Below are positions 46,135 through 56,206 of a DNA stretch of 64,000 nucleotides, piece after piece. Made by a program: the position numbers and the translations under genes. The stretch lies in the IMG/VR virus record IMGVR_UViG_3300048838_001809, one strand, 5' to 3'. The DNA is from a virus. How positions within the stretch are numbered: position 1 is the stretch's first letter; each line of letters begins with the position of its first letter. The notes below the pieces were generated by a model that was not told the origin of the DNA, searched no databases, and saw only the letters and a list, made by a program, of their open reading frames with translations.

Positions 46135-47052
46135 ATGAGCGGACTGCAAAGCTATGGTTGTTGCTGCAACCCATGCGAGATGATTGAGCTACCCTGTTGT
46201 TATATCCCGCTTAGTCAATACCTGATTGCCACCGCACCCAACGGCAAGCGGCACATCCTGCGCTACGATCGATCTTGGGGCGAGTACGGCGCCTGGATCG
46301 GCTACGTCCTCTACGTCAGTGACTCTGGTCATCCACTGGGGAGAGTCTCGCGCGTCGAGTTCGGCCCGAATTGCGTGGGCGACTTGCAGGTTTCGACCTG
46401 GACGCTCCGCATCTACTGTCGCGATGCTTTCCAGAATCGTCCGACAGACTTCCAGGCGACGGTCGATTGTACTACCGGCGAGTTTAGCGCCGTGTTTGAC
46501 GTGCCGTCCCTGCACCCCGATTGCTGGGATACCGACGAGATGCACGGCACCTGGACTATCACAGACCCCGGCCAACTCTGCACTTCCTGCTGCTGTGCGC
46601 GATCTATGCTGGTCGTCAATCCGGGCGGCCAATGCTGCGCTAGTCTGGCTGACCCAGACGGCACGGTGCCTCTGACGGCCATTCTATGGGATGATTTTTT
46701 ACTGCTGGGCACCTGCCACTTGGAGTCGGCGTCGTTTTACGTCATCGGGCCTAATCGGGATTGCGAGGTATGCGACATCTGTAATACGTGCGATAGCTTT
46801 CTAGAAGTAGTGGGCCTGATGAGCTGGGTCGTTGAACAACTGGCGGGCACGAACCCCGGAACGTGCCTGGTTCGGGCGTCACTCGTCGGCGTGGCGGACT
46901 GCCCGCGGACATGGGTGGTTTATGAGCTTGACAATATCACCCAGCAACAATGCGCTGGCACGGCGACACTGACGCTCGCCAAGGTGTCCGAGAGTGTCTC
47001 AGACACCTTTGATTGCACGTTTCCTGACGAGATCAGCTTTCAAAACGCCTGA
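46135..47052 (+). CDS. Cys-rich protein, about 30 Cys in 305 aa.
   Basis: Motifs 'YGCCCNPCEMIELPCCY', 'CTSCCCARS' and 'CEVCDICNTCDSF'. Confidence 0.5.
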   Translation: MSGLQSYGCCCNPCEMIELPCCYIPLSQYLIATAPNGKRHILRYDRSWGEYGAWIGYVLYVSDSGHPLGRVSRVEFGPNCVGDLQVSTWTLRIYCRDAFQNRPTDFQATVDCTTGEFSAVFDVPSLHPDCWDTDEMHGTWTITDPGQLCTSCCCARSMLVVNPGGQCCASLADPDGTVPLTAILWDDFLLLGTCHLESASFYVIGPNRDCEVCDICNTCDSFLEVVGLMSWVVEQLAGTNPGTCLVRASLVGVADCPRTWVVYELDNITQQQCAGTATLTLAKVSESVSDTFDCTFPDEISFQNA

Positions 47053-47067
47053 GACAGTAATTGTGAC

Positions 47068-49161
47068 ATGTATAGACACCTACAGGACGACTGGTATCAG
47101 TGCGACACATGCGGGTCGCGCCGCCGCTCTCCGGTCGATCTATCGAGTATTCGTTGTCGCTGCGGCAGTACCCCATCTCTCCCCGAGACCACGACGGACA
47201 AAAAAAAGCCGTGCGGCGAGCCGTGCGATAATCGCGTCGTCAAATTGTTTGAGACGGCATGGGGTTTCGCTAAATCAATCGCCTATTGGACCGCACGCGG
47301 CTTTAAGACCACGACGCAAGAGCAGTACGAGGAGCGGCGGGCGATCTGTCGCTCCGGCCCGCATGGAAAGTGCCCCAGCGGACAGCTGGTGGTCACGTTG
47401 GGGATGGTCGAGCGGTGCGGCAAGTGCAAGTGCGTCGTCGCGCTCAAAGCAGGACTCGTGCAGAACGACGGCAAGAGCGACTGCCCGCTAGGACACTGGC
47501 CAGCGATTGAACTGGCGGCAGAAAGCGCAGGCGACGAAGACCAGTCGGAGCCGCTGGAGGATTGCCGGATCAAGCTGGTAACGCGCGAGCCAGCGCCATT
47601 TGAGTCAGCGCCATCGGAGACAGCCGTAGACCTCACCGAGAGAACGGTGTGCCTAACGATCCTTAAGGGGCTGGGCGATTCGATGTGCTTTCGCTCGGCG
47701 CTCATGCACCTGGCTCGCTTTCGTCCGCGATGGAAGGTTGACGTGTTGACACACGTTTATCATCGATCGCTCTTCCAAGGACTCTGTGAACGCGTCTTAG
47801 AGCAACCGCCAGACCATTCTCAATACGACGTATTGCACCAGCCTGGATTTATGAGGCCCAGGCAATGTTACGTGAAGGTGCCATGCAATACGACCCAATT
47901 GTTCCTGCTAAGCATTCTCGGCGTAACTCCGTCTGCCGAGTTGAGCACCTACGGGCAGTTGTCGCCCAGTGACCAAGAGGTCGAGTATGCCGATCGATGG
48001 CTGGCTCCATATGGAAATGTGGTGCTGATTCATCAGCGGGGCCGCAGCTTTCCGACCGCCAAGAATCCGCCCGGATCTACATGGGGACAGTTGACGCAGA
48101 AAGTCCGCGACATGGGCTACACGCCCGTCGTCGTCAATTTCGACGGAAATGCCGAGTTGCATGGCGCTGTCAGCCTAAGTGCCGGCAATTACCATCAGCC
48201 ACAACATGGAACGAGCCTGGCAGCCCTTATTAGTCGCTGCACGCTGTTTGTCGGGGTCGATTCTGGGCCGTTGCACGTCGCCGGCGCCACGGCGACGCCG
48301 ACCATTGGAGTGTGGCTCAATCATCATCCTGCACATAGCTATAACATTGCCGATAACGTCACCCACCTGGTTCCGAGAAACCACGTTCAATTCCTACCGC
48401 GCAAGAACCGAACTTTCGGCGGCCGGGTCTTCGATGACCACTATCGATACCGGATATACGACGACCTGGGCGGCGACCTGGCATCGACGGCCGAGAGGCT
48501 GCTGTCCGCCGGCGGGCCATCGCCCGATGGCGAGCTGGTGCGCGTCGACGGATCGTGGCTGCGCCGTCGGTGGAAAGCCGAAGACTTGTATATCTGGCGG
48601 GAGATTTTCGAGCAGGACGACTACCGCGTCCGCCAGCTTGGCTGGCGCCCGCAGTGCGTCATCGACATCGGGGCGCATTGCGGCTTCTTCACGCAGCTGG
48701 CTTCGCAGCTCTGGCCGTCCGCGGCGCTGATCGCCGTCGAGCCTGCCGAAGAGAACGTCGCCGTAGCGCATCGCAATTGCCCGCGAGCCAGCATCATCCA
48801 GGCTGCCTGCACCTATGACCCTGAGCCAATCCACTTGGAGGTCTCGCTAGGGACAAAGGAACACACCGGCGGCTGTCGCGTCAGTCAGCTTGGCAGAGTT
48901 GTTCCGCGTGTGACCATGGATGAGATTCTGTCGAAAACCGATTGCCATGACATCCTATTGAAGTTGGATTGTGAAGGCGGCGAGTTCTCGATCATCGAGC
49001 ACTGTCAGCAGATGCACCGCATCCGCACGATCGTCGGCGAATGGCACGATCGCAACCGGTTCATCAAGCTGGTTCGCCGGAAGCTCCCAGACTGGAAATT
49101 AACGATCTACCGCGACCATGAAATCGGACTGTTTCGCTTGGACCGACCATGCTCACCGTGA
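47068..49161 (+). CDS. Three-domain fusion: an N-terminal Zn-ribbon, a GT9 heptosyltransferase-like domain, and an FkbM-family SAM methyltransferase.
   Basis: 'YQCDTCGS...CRCGS' ribbon. 'LFVGVDSGPLHVAGATATPTIGVW' matches the GT9 signature. The C-terminal 'VIDIGAHCGFF...IAVEPAEENVAVAHRNC...LLKLDCEGGEFSII' matches FkbM (Methyltransf_21). Confidence 0.6.
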   Translation: MYRHLQDDWYQCDTCGSRRRSPVDLSSIRCRCGSTPSLPETTTDKKKPCGEPCDNRVVKLFETAWGFAKSIAYWTARGFKTTTQEQYEERRAICRSGPHGKCPSGQLVVTLGMVERCGKCKCVVALKAGLVQNDGKSDCPLGHWPAIELAAESAGDEDQSEPLEDCRIKLVTREPAPFESAPSETAVDLTERTVCLTILKGLGDSMCFRSALMHLARFRPRWKVDVLTHVYHRSLFQGLCERVLEQPPDHSQYDVLHQPGFMRPRQCYVKVPCNTTQLFLLSILGVTPSAELSTYGQLSPSDQEVEYADRWLAPYGNVVLIHQRGRSFPTAKNPPGSTWGQLTQKVRDMGYTPVVVNFDGNAELHGAVSLSAGNYHQPQHGTSLAALISRCTLFVGVDSGPLHVAGATATPTIGVWLNHHPAHSYNIADNVTHLVPRNHVQFLPRKNRTFGGRVFDDHYRYRIYDDLGGDLASTAERLLSAGGPSPDGELVRVDGSWLRRRWKAEDLYIWREIFEQDDYRVRQLGWRPQCVIDIGAHCGFFTQLASQLWPSAALIAVEPAEENVAVAHRNCPRASIIQAACTYDPEPIHLEVSLGTKEHTGGCRVSQLGRVVPRVTMDEILSKTDCHDILLKLDCEGGEFSIIEHCQQMHRIRTIVGEWHDRNRFIKLVRRKLPDWKLTIYRDHEIGLFRLDRPCSP

Positions 49162-49541
49162 TGACCAATGGCTGTTTTGACCTATTGCACGCCGGCCACG
49201 TCGACTTCCTGCGCCGCTGCCGACTGCTGGGCGATCACCTTGTCGTGGCGATCAACAGCGACCAATCGGTGCAAAGACTCAAAGGGTCGGGGCGGCCGAT
49301 CTACAGTCAGCACGAACGTATTTGCATCGTTTCCGCTTTGCGTTATGTAAGCGAAGTTCATGTGTTTGACACCGAAGAGGAGTTGTCGGAGTTGGTGAAG
49401 CGGATTCAACCTGACGTATTGGTCAAGGGGGGTGACTACGCCGGTCGCGACGTAACCGGGGCAGGGCATGCTCGGCGACTGGTCCTGTTGCCGCTCGTGC
49501 CAGGGCATTCAACCAGTCAGACGATCGCGAGGCTGCGATGA
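49149..49541 (+). CDS. D-glycero-beta-D-manno-heptose 1-phosphate adenylyltransferase-like, corresponding to HldE/RfaE domain II.
   Basis: 'GCFDLLHAGHVDFL...VVAINSDQSVQRLKGSGRPI...VLVKGGDY' is a cytidylyltransferase-fold signature. Confidence 0.7.
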   Translation: MLTVMTNGCFDLLHAGHVDFLRRCRLLGDHLVVAINSDQSVQRLKGSGRPIYSQHERICIVSALRYVSEVHVFDTEEELSELVKRIQPDVLVKGGDYAGRDVTGAGHARRLVLLPLVPGHSTSQTIARLR

Positions 49542-50074
49542 GGCGTGCGTTTTTTGTTTGCGGACCTGAATCGAGCGGCAATCGCCTCATGGTTTCCATG
49601 CTGGTCGATGCCGGCTGTTGGGGCCGGGGGAAAATCGATCAACCCATCGACGGGTCGCTGCCAGATTACCCGATCGTCAAACCTGAGCCGCAGCCGGATC
49701 GCCTGGCGTTTTATCGCTCTTTTCCGCATGGGGGACATTGGCCGAATTTCATGCAGATCGTCAGTAACTTGCGGGCCTGGGGTTATCGGGACACCACTGT
49801 CCTGGTCATGGTCCGCGATCAATACGCCATTGAGCGCAGTCAGGTTCGCGCTGGCCATGTCAGCGACCTGAATCACGCGCGACAAAACACTACACGGGCA
49901 TACAAAGAGATTTTCTTTGGCGTGACTCGCCTCCGGCTGCCGTTTGTCATCGTGTCCTACGCGCGGCTGGGAGTGCCGGAATACCGCCAATGGATCACCG
50001 AGACACTGCGACTTCCTAAAGCACCAACGATTGAGTGGACGAATGAAGACACCAAGTATTACGGCCAAGTGTGA
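49538..50074 (+). CDS. P-loop protein, sulfotransferase-like.
   Basis: 'FFVCGPESSGNRLM' P-loop at the N-terminus. ATGA overlap. Confidence 0.35.
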   Translation: MRRAFFVCGPESSGNRLMVSMLVDAGCWGRGKIDQPIDGSLPDYPIVKPEPQPDRLAFYRSFPHGGHWPNFMQIVSNLRAWGYRDTTVLVMVRDQYAIERSQVRAGHVSDLNHARQNTTRAYKEIFFGVTRLRLPFVIVSYARLGVPEYRQWITETLRLPKAPTIEWTNEDTKYYGQV

Positions 50075-50984
50075 TGTGGACGCCATCTTGGACTCGATTC
50101 GCGGGGTCCAGATTCAGGTGTGCGGCGACACGCTCGTCGATCTGTATCTGCATCTGGCGAATCCGCGTGCATCCAAGCGCAATGCGCAGCATGTGTCCTG
50201 CGATCTGATTCGCAAGGCAACGATCCCCGGCGGGGCTGCCAACGTCGCCTGCTACGCCGCCGCGCTGGGGGCTCGCGTGGAGTTTCACTCGATCTTCTTC
50301 GCCGCTGCCCATGAGCCGGTCGACTACCTGGAGAGCATCGAGAATCTTTCGCTGCGATTGATCTACACTAAAGACTGGCGCAATCCGGTCAAAACGCGAT
50401 CGGTCATTGGTTCCGACGTGCGGATGCAAGGCAGCTACGAACCGGACGGTCTGGTTCCCGCCTTGTTGTCGGAACAGCTCGTCGATCAAGTCTTAGGCAT
50501 GGATGTCAAGACGATCGCTCTGGCCGATTATGGGCGAGGGGCCGTGAATTACCGGCAGGCTCGGCGACTCTGCGAGAGCGGCAATCAGGTGCTGGTTGAT
50601 CCGCACAAGCGCACCGAATGGTCGCGGTACGACGGGGCGCATTGCGTGAAGGGAAGTCATCTGTTTTTCGCAGAGGACTACGGGCAATCCGCCTGCTCGC
50701 CAATTCGCATCATCACCCACGCGGAACAAGGATCGCAGCTCTGGAGGACAGGCCATGCGTCGCCGGTATGGATTCCAGCGATTTCAACACGGGTCGCCGA
50801 TACGACCGGCGCCGGTGACTGCTATCTGGCGGCGCTGGCGTGTTGCACTGCGGCCGGCGTCCCAACTTTTGAAGCATGTCAGTTCGCGAGTGTGGTGGCG
50901 TCAATGAGCGTCGAGCGGATTGGCACGGAGCCGATCTATCCGCATGAAATCAGGGATTGGGCGAGCACGGTGGCATGTTCGTAA
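50043..50984 (+). CDS. PfkB-family sugar kinase, corresponding to the HldE/RfaE domain I heptose-7-phosphate kinase.
   Basis: 'DTTGAGDCYLAAL' PfkB signature. The N-terminus 'VQIQVCGDTLVDLYL' is consistent. Confidence 0.65.
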   Translation: MKTPSITAKCDVDAILDSIRGVQIQVCGDTLVDLYLHLANPRASKRNAQHVSCDLIRKATIPGGAANVACYAAALGARVEFHSIFFAAAHEPVDYLESIENLSLRLIYTKDWRNPVKTRSVIGSDVRMQGSYEPDGLVPALLSEQLVDQVLGMDVKTIALADYGRGAVNYRQARRLCESGNQVLVDPHKRTEWSRYDGAHCVKGSHLFFAEDYGQSACSPIRIITHAEQGSQLWRTGHASPVWIPAISTRVADTTGAGDCYLAALACCTAAGVPTFEACQFASVVASMSVERIGTEPIYPHEIRDWASTVACS

Positions 50985-51787
50985 GCGGCCAGGGCCAGCC
51001 GCTATCGCTGGCCAATCTGTATCGCAATGGCCAGGCATTTTTGTTGCTGTCTGGACCTAGCGCAAAACAGCTCGATCTTTCGCTGCTAACGCGGCGAGGC
51101 TGCTACGTCATGGGCGTGAACAATTCGCCCGCCCTGGTTCGCTGCAATTCGATGATCTACGTCGATCGCGCCTGGAAGATTCACGATGCGATCTGGCTCG
51201 ATCCGGCAGCGATGAAGTTCGTGCCGCAAACGCAGCTCGATTGTGGTATCCGCCGCCAGACGCCAAACGGGCCGGCTTATCCGGCCGCTCCGATCGTCGC
51301 TGGCACCCTGCCAGGGGTCGTTGGCTACGCGCGCAATGATCACTTTCGGCCGGCAGTGTGGATCGAGGAGGCGTCGGTCAACTGGGGGCACAACGACGTG
51401 CGAGGGGGCACTTACCCCTATTGTAAGGACGTACTGTTCGCGGCCCTCAAGGTGTTGTACGTGCTGGGCTTTCGCACGATCTACCTGTTGGGCTGCGACT
51501 TTTCCATGCGCGCTGACCGGCCCTACGCATTTGACGTGGCGCTGGGCCAGCACCACGCCGAGTGGTACGAGCACGCCAATAACAGCATCTACAAAAAGAT
51601 GGCCCAAATGCTGGCCGACCTGAAACCTCACTTCGATTCCGCCGGGCTGAAAATTTTCAATTGCAACCAAAAATCTGGGTTGACGGTTTTTGAATCATGC
51701 TCTTACAACGCCGCCATCGGTGCGGCTTCCGGGGGTATTCAGCAAGGGTTGCTGGACGCCAGGGGCTGGTACGAACTAAACGACTAG
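50975..51787 (+). CDS. DUF115 / Maf-like (motility-associated-factor glycosyltransferase family) protein.
   Basis: 'AFLLLSGPSAKQLDLSLL...CYVMGVNNSPALVRCNSMIYVDRAW' resembles the DUF115 'GPSL...vi.vN.a....PD..v..D' pattern. Confidence 0.4.
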   Translation: MFVSGQGQPLSLANLYRNGQAFLLLSGPSAKQLDLSLLTRRGCYVMGVNNSPALVRCNSMIYVDRAWKIHDAIWLDPAAMKFVPQTQLDCGIRRQTPNGPAYPAAPIVAGTLPGVVGYARNDHFRPAVWIEEASVNWGHNDVRGGTYPYCKDVLFAALKVLYVLGFRTIYLLGCDFSMRADRPYAFDVALGQHHAEWYEHANNSIYKKMAQMLADLKPHFDSAGLKIFNCNQKSGLTVFESCSYNAAIGAASGGIQQGLLDARGWYELND

Positions 51788-51812
51788 CAGTCGATCGAGG
51801 GGCACGGAGCCC

Positions 51813-52550
51813 ATGCAGGACTGGACTCTCATTCTGGCAGTGGACGCCGAACACGCGCGCGAACTTCAATTGTCCTGGCCGACGTGGCGAGCGCACCGGC
51901 CGGAGATTATGGAGCATCCGCTGCTGGTCATGCTTGATACGTCAAGTTGTGGACCCAGCACGCTCGACATCATCGGCATCGATCATCCGCATGTGACGTT
52001 TGCGAGCTGGCCGCCGCGCAGGTTTGGTTCGTTTCCAAACCAGCGAGCCAAGATGCTGTGGTCATTCGTGGCGGCGGCCGACTACATCCAGACTCCGTAC
52101 TATCTCAAGCTCGACACGGATGTCATCGCCCGCGAGCCGTCGCAGTGGTACTCCGACTGGTGGTTCAAGCGGAACTATTCTTTCATCGCGCCGCGCTGGG
52201 GATACACCAAGCCTGCCAACGCCATCGAGCAGCTTGAAGCCTGGGCTAACCGCATCAAATTGGGTGAAGAGTTGGTTGATCCGGGGTTTGCTCGCCATGG
52301 CGATCGCGTCATGCACAAGCGAATCACGTCCTGGATGTTCTTCGGGCAGACCAACTGGACTCGTAGCATGGCTGCGATCGCCGCCAAGCACCCGCCGCCC
52401 ATCTATTCGCACGACACGTTTCTCTGGTTCTGTGCCGTCCGCACTGGAGCGCACTTCATGCCGATCAGCGCTCGCGGAAACGGCTGGGAGCACGTTCCGC
52501 CATTCAAGCTGGAGCGAGCCGCACAGGAGGCGTTGACATGCCGGAGCTAA
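51813..52550 (+). CDS. Glycosyltransferase-like (GT-A) protein.
   Basis: 'YYLKLDTDV' DxD-type motif. Confidence 0.4.
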   Translation: MQDWTLILAVDAEHARELQLSWPTWRAHRPEIMEHPLLVMLDTSSCGPSTLDIIGIDHPHVTFASWPPRRFGSFPNQRAKMLWSFVAAADYIQTPYYLKLDTDVIAREPSQWYSDWWFKRNYSFIAPRWGYTKPANAIEQLEAWANRIKLGEELVDPGFARHGDRVMHKRITSWMFFGQTNWTRSMAAIAAKHPPPIYSHDTFLWFCAVRTGAHFMPISARGNGWEHVPPFKLERAAQEALTCRS

Positions 52551-53173
52551 ACGCCGACTGCCCGCGGTTCGAAGTGCTGGTGCGAAGTGAGTTCCTTTAC
52601 AACTTCCAGAAGGGCATGGGCGAGTACGCGCCCGGCATCTGTCACTCGATCACGTCCATTCCAGGCCGAGCGCTGGGCTTCAACGTCCTATTGAACAACG
52701 GAGCCCATATCGGCCGACTGCCGATTCACGCGCTGGCGCACCGCCGCGACCGTGTGGCCAGCGTGCCGCATGATGACCCTTGGCGCCGGCAGCTCTGGGA
52801 TTGCTTCTCGGCGAATGTCGCTGTGGTCGAGTACGCCTATCTGTCTGGCATGCGCTGCCGCGTCAGCCTGGCCGATCGCAAAGTGATCGGCGGCGTCTAC
52901 ATGTTTACGGTTGACTACTGGGGTTCGCCCGCCGCTGAATCCGCTGGGAATGCTGGCTGGAAGTGTCATCACCTGATCGCGCTGGATGACGGCACGTTTG
53001 CCGCGCAACCGAACAACCGCATCTGCCTGTTCGAGCCCTCTTGCGTTACGCCATTCGAGCAGCCGCCGGACTACAAGACGATGGAGCGTGTCTGGCGCGT
53101 CGAGGACGGCGCTCGCTGGCGCACGTCCGATGACAGCGCCATGTTCTACGGCGTTCAGGAGCTGAATCAATGA
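52538..53173 (+). CDS. Hypothetical protein within the glycan island.
   Basis: Overlapping start-stop coupling on both sides. Confidence 0.45.
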   Translation: MPELNADCPRFEVLVRSEFLYNFQKGMGEYAPGICHSITSIPGRALGFNVLLNNGAHIGRLPIHALAHRRDRVASVPHDDPWRRQLWDCFSANVAVVEYAYLSGMRCRVSLADRKVIGGVYMFTVDYWGSPAAESAGNAGWKCHHLIALDDGTFAAQPNNRICLFEPSCVTPFEQPPDYKTMERVWRVEDGARWRTSDDSAMFYGVQELNQ

Positions 53174-53934
53174 GTGACTGCATGATCGTCCTCACGAACT
53201 GGCGCAGGCCGCAAAACATCGCGCAGATTTTGTACGCGATCAAGCGGCAGTCAGTGGCACCGATCGCAGTCGCTTGCATCGACAACGCCGAGAGTGGATA
53301 CGAGCTGCCGGCCTGTGACGCTTGCCGGTTCGATGCTTACTTTCGCGTCGAGCGGCCGAACTACGGGCCGCCCTGCCGGTTTATCCCCGCGCTGGCCAGT
53401 TATGCGGAGTATTGCCTGTTTCTGGATGACGACCTGTCACCCGGCTGGCGGATGCTCGAAACTTTCCAGGACACCGCCAAAAAGCTGCGAGGGCAATTCT
53501 CCACGCTCTGCCAGATCGGCCGCATCTTTGAGTATCACGGTCATCGTGTCCCGCCCTGGCATTACAAGGCCCGTAACGTGCCGCTCCAGCGAGAGCCCAT
53601 TCGGGTCGACATGGGCTGCCGCGCGCACTTTTTCCGCACGCGCGACTTGCATCACGTCATTCAGTTCAACTGGGACTTGATCGACGCATACGGCGAGCAG
53701 GCTCGCATCGAAGTCGCTCGCCACGACGACCTGTCTCTTTGCCTGGGGTTGCAGCGCGCCCTCAATCTGCCGACGTACATCTTGCCTGAAAACCTGGATC
53801 GGTCGACCTGGATCAACGGCATGGAGCTTCCCGACAACGACGCTTTGTCGAGCATGCCTTTATTCAAGCAAGTGCGCAGCGAATTCATTCACTGGGCCGA
53901 TCAAATCGGCTGGCAATCACTCGTTTCGAGGTAG
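53170..53934 (+). CDS. GT2-like glycosyltransferase.
   Basis: 'CLFLDDDL' DxD motif. ATGA overlap. Confidence 0.45.
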   Translation: MSDCMIVLTNWRRPQNIAQILYAIKRQSVAPIAVACIDNAESGYELPACDACRFDAYFRVERPNYGPPCRFIPALASYAEYCLFLDDDLSPGWRMLETFQDTAKKLRGQFSTLCQIGRIFEYHGHRVPPWHYKARNVPLQREPIRVDMGCRAHFFRTRDLHHVIQFNWDLIDAYGEQARIEVARHDDLSLCLGLQRALNLPTYILPENLDRSTWINGMELPDNDALSSMPLFKQVRSEFIHWADQIGWQSLVSR

Positions 53935-53936
53935 GC

Positions 53937-55202
53937 ATGGCCCGCTTTATCTTGCGTGTCGATGACGTAGGCTGGCTCCCGGATCACAGCCCCGACTACG
54001 GCCTGGAATACTTCGCCGCCTGGCGCAAGGCTGCCGGCCTGTCGGGCTTGCCGGTCTATTACGGGGCCATCCCAAGCTGCATTGGGGATCGCGAGTTGAA
54101 ATGGCTCCAAGAGAATCTCGCTGGCCGCGAGGAGCTATCGGTCCATGGCTGCGATCATGCGCGAGGCGCGAACGTCACTCGCCAGCAAATGGCCGATGCA
54201 ATCCATCGCTTCCGCACGGCGGCAAAATGCCGGTCGTATATCGCCCCCTTCAATAAGTACACTCCCGCCACTGTGCGAGACTGGAACTTGGCGACTGCCG
54301 CCGATCACGAAGGCTACTTCTTCGGCGGTTTCGATCACGAGCATCACCAGCATGGAAACTATCCAGTTGCCGTAGATGGGCATGTCGTTCACCTGCCGGC
54401 GTTCCGGCCGCTCTATGATCACACCGAGCCGTTGACTGAAGAAGTTCCGCTGTGGTGCGACACTCAATGCCCGCTGGTGGTAACACTGCATTGCACCTGG
54501 GGTCACGCCAGACTTGATCGCTTGGCGGCAATCACGGAACTGTTGCTGCCGCACTTGATGCCGATCGACTTAGTGCAGCCCTGGCTGGAGCGGTCGCGGC
54601 TCAATTTGAAGCGGCTGACTGCCGCGCATTACTTCGCTCAACGCTGGGTGCTGGAGCGAATCAAGATCGGTGACAGGGTGCTTGATTTCGGGGCTCGCGA
54701 CGGAGAGATGCCTTCTCAAATGGCGCTGCGCGGGTGCACTGTTTCTACAGTGGACCGCGATTCAACGAGTCCGGGAAAGCAGCATGCCGTCGCAGGCAGG
54801 CTGGGTGTCGAATTGACCGCCTATTGCTCCTCCAGCCTCGATTCGATCGGCGAGGGCTACTACGACGTTGTGACAGCCACCTGGGCGATTCAGCACAATT
54901 TGCCTGGAGAAACCGAGATACCAGCGATTGCCGCTGCACTAGCCCGTCGCATCAGGCCCGGCGGCCGATTATTGATCGTATCCAGTCATTCATCGCGCGA
55001 GAGCTTCGACCAGATCGCCAGGCCCGATCCACAGCGAGTGCTATCCTGGGTCGACCATCAGCGATTGATCGTTCAGCCAAGCGGCTGTCAGCTAGCTGGC
55101 GATCCGTATTTTTTTCAATACGAACACGCCACCGCGATTGGCGGAAAGTGCCGGCAGGAAGATGCAAATGCCGTGGCTTATGAACTCAGGAAGCCAGCAT
55201 GA
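53937..55202 (+). CDS. Fusion of a polysaccharide-deacetylase-like N-domain and a class I SAM methyltransferase C-domain.
   Basis: N-terminal 'ILRVDDVGW' is NodB-like. C-terminal 'VLDFGARDGEMPSQMALRGCTVSTVDRD' is MTase motif I, and 'RPGGRLLIV' is motif-III-like. Confidence 0.5.
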   Translation: MARFILRVDDVGWLPDHSPDYGLEYFAAWRKAAGLSGLPVYYGAIPSCIGDRELKWLQENLAGREELSVHGCDHARGANVTRQQMADAIHRFRTAAKCRSYIAPFNKYTPATVRDWNLATAADHEGYFFGGFDHEHHQHGNYPVAVDGHVVHLPAFRPLYDHTEPLTEEVPLWCDTQCPLVVTLHCTWGHARLDRLAAITELLLPHLMPIDLVQPWLERSRLNLKRLTAAHYFAQRWVLERIKIGDRVLDFGARDGEMPSQMALRGCTVSTVDRDSTSPGKQHAVAGRLGVELTAYCSSSLDSIGEGYYDVVTATWAIQHNLPGETEIPAIAAALARRIRPGGRLLIVSSHSSRESFDQIARPDPQRVLSWVDHQRLIVQPSGCQLAGDPYFFQYEHATAIGGKCRQEDANAVAYELRKPA

Positions 55203-56206
55203 AGATTGTTTCGGTAAGCCGCATTTATCCGACGCACCGCCCTGGCGGAATGGGTTTCGTCGCGCAAGATCGCGCCCATGCGCTGGCCAAGGCAGGGCAC
55301 GAAGTTCACATTCTCACGACTGGAGCACACCGCGGCGAAGCAGACGTGATGGATGCGTTCGTGCATGTCCACCACCTGGACTGCAAGCCACTGGCTTACT
55401 CCGACGAATTCGCCAGTCGCTGCCGGGAAGCGTGCGAATCAATCCGGCCCGACATCATCCACCTGGACAGTTTTGACACGGATCGCTTGTGGTGGGCTGG
55501 CCGACCGCGCGGCGTCAAGAAAGTCGCCATCACGCTGCACGGATTCTGCTGGGGCTCGGCTTTAACCAAGTGGAATCTCTACAAGCTCGGCCAGGGTCCG
55601 GCTCCGCAGTTCGATTTCGTTGGCATGGTGCATGAGCGCGAATCGCTCATGCAAGCCGACGCCGTGATAGGAATCTCTCGACACGAGCACTGGATGCTCA
55701 AGGATTTGCTCGGCATTCCGCACGCCCGGTTGGTTTACAACCCGATCGCACCTGGATTTTTCGCCAAGCCGATCGTCGATCCCCCTAAATCGCCGCGACT
55801 GCTTTGCGCGGCGATTTCTGGACATGGAGAGCGGCTGTTCGCGGTGGCCAAGAAAGCAGCCAGTAAGGCTGGCATTCCGTTGGATGTCGTCTCAAAGTCG
55901 CCGCGGCAGCTCATGCCGGGAGTCTATGACGAGCATTCTGCGTTGATTGTTCCTACGGCGTACAGCCAAGGACTGGATTTGACAGTTGCAGAAGCGGTAG
56001 CTCGCGGGCGGCCCGTCATAGCGTCTGCAACAGGCAGTTACCTAAGAGAATCTGAAGTATCCAGCTCCGTTTCTGTCGCGCCGCTGGGTGACATTGATTC
56101 GCTGGCAAGAGCGATGTCGCTGTTGACGCAATGCAATCACCGTGAGTCAGATAAGCATAGACCAGAAGTGCACGTAAGTAACTGGATGTCGGCGATCAAT
56201 GTTTAG
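55199..56206 (+). CDS. GT4-family glycosyltransferase (GT-B fold).
   Basis: 'GGMGFVAQDRAHALAKAGHEVHILT' N-terminus and 'E..GLDLTVAEAVARGRPVIAS' are both GT4-like. ATGA overlap. Confidence 0.65.
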   Translation: MKIVSVSRIYPTHRPGGMGFVAQDRAHALAKAGHEVHILTTGAHRGEADVMDAFVHVHHLDCKPLAYSDEFASRCREACESIRPDIIHLDSFDTDRLWWAGRPRGVKKVAITLHGFCWGSALTKWNLYKLGQGPAPQFDFVGMVHERESLMQADAVIGISRHEHWMLKDLLGIPHARLVYNPIAPGFFAKPIVDPPKSPRLLCAAISGHGERLFAVAKKAASKAGIPLDVVSKSPRQLMPGVYDEHSALIVPTAYSQGLDLTVAEAVARGRPVIASATGSYLRESEVSSSVSVAPLGDIDSLARAMSLLTQCNHRESDKHRPEVHVSNWMSAINV

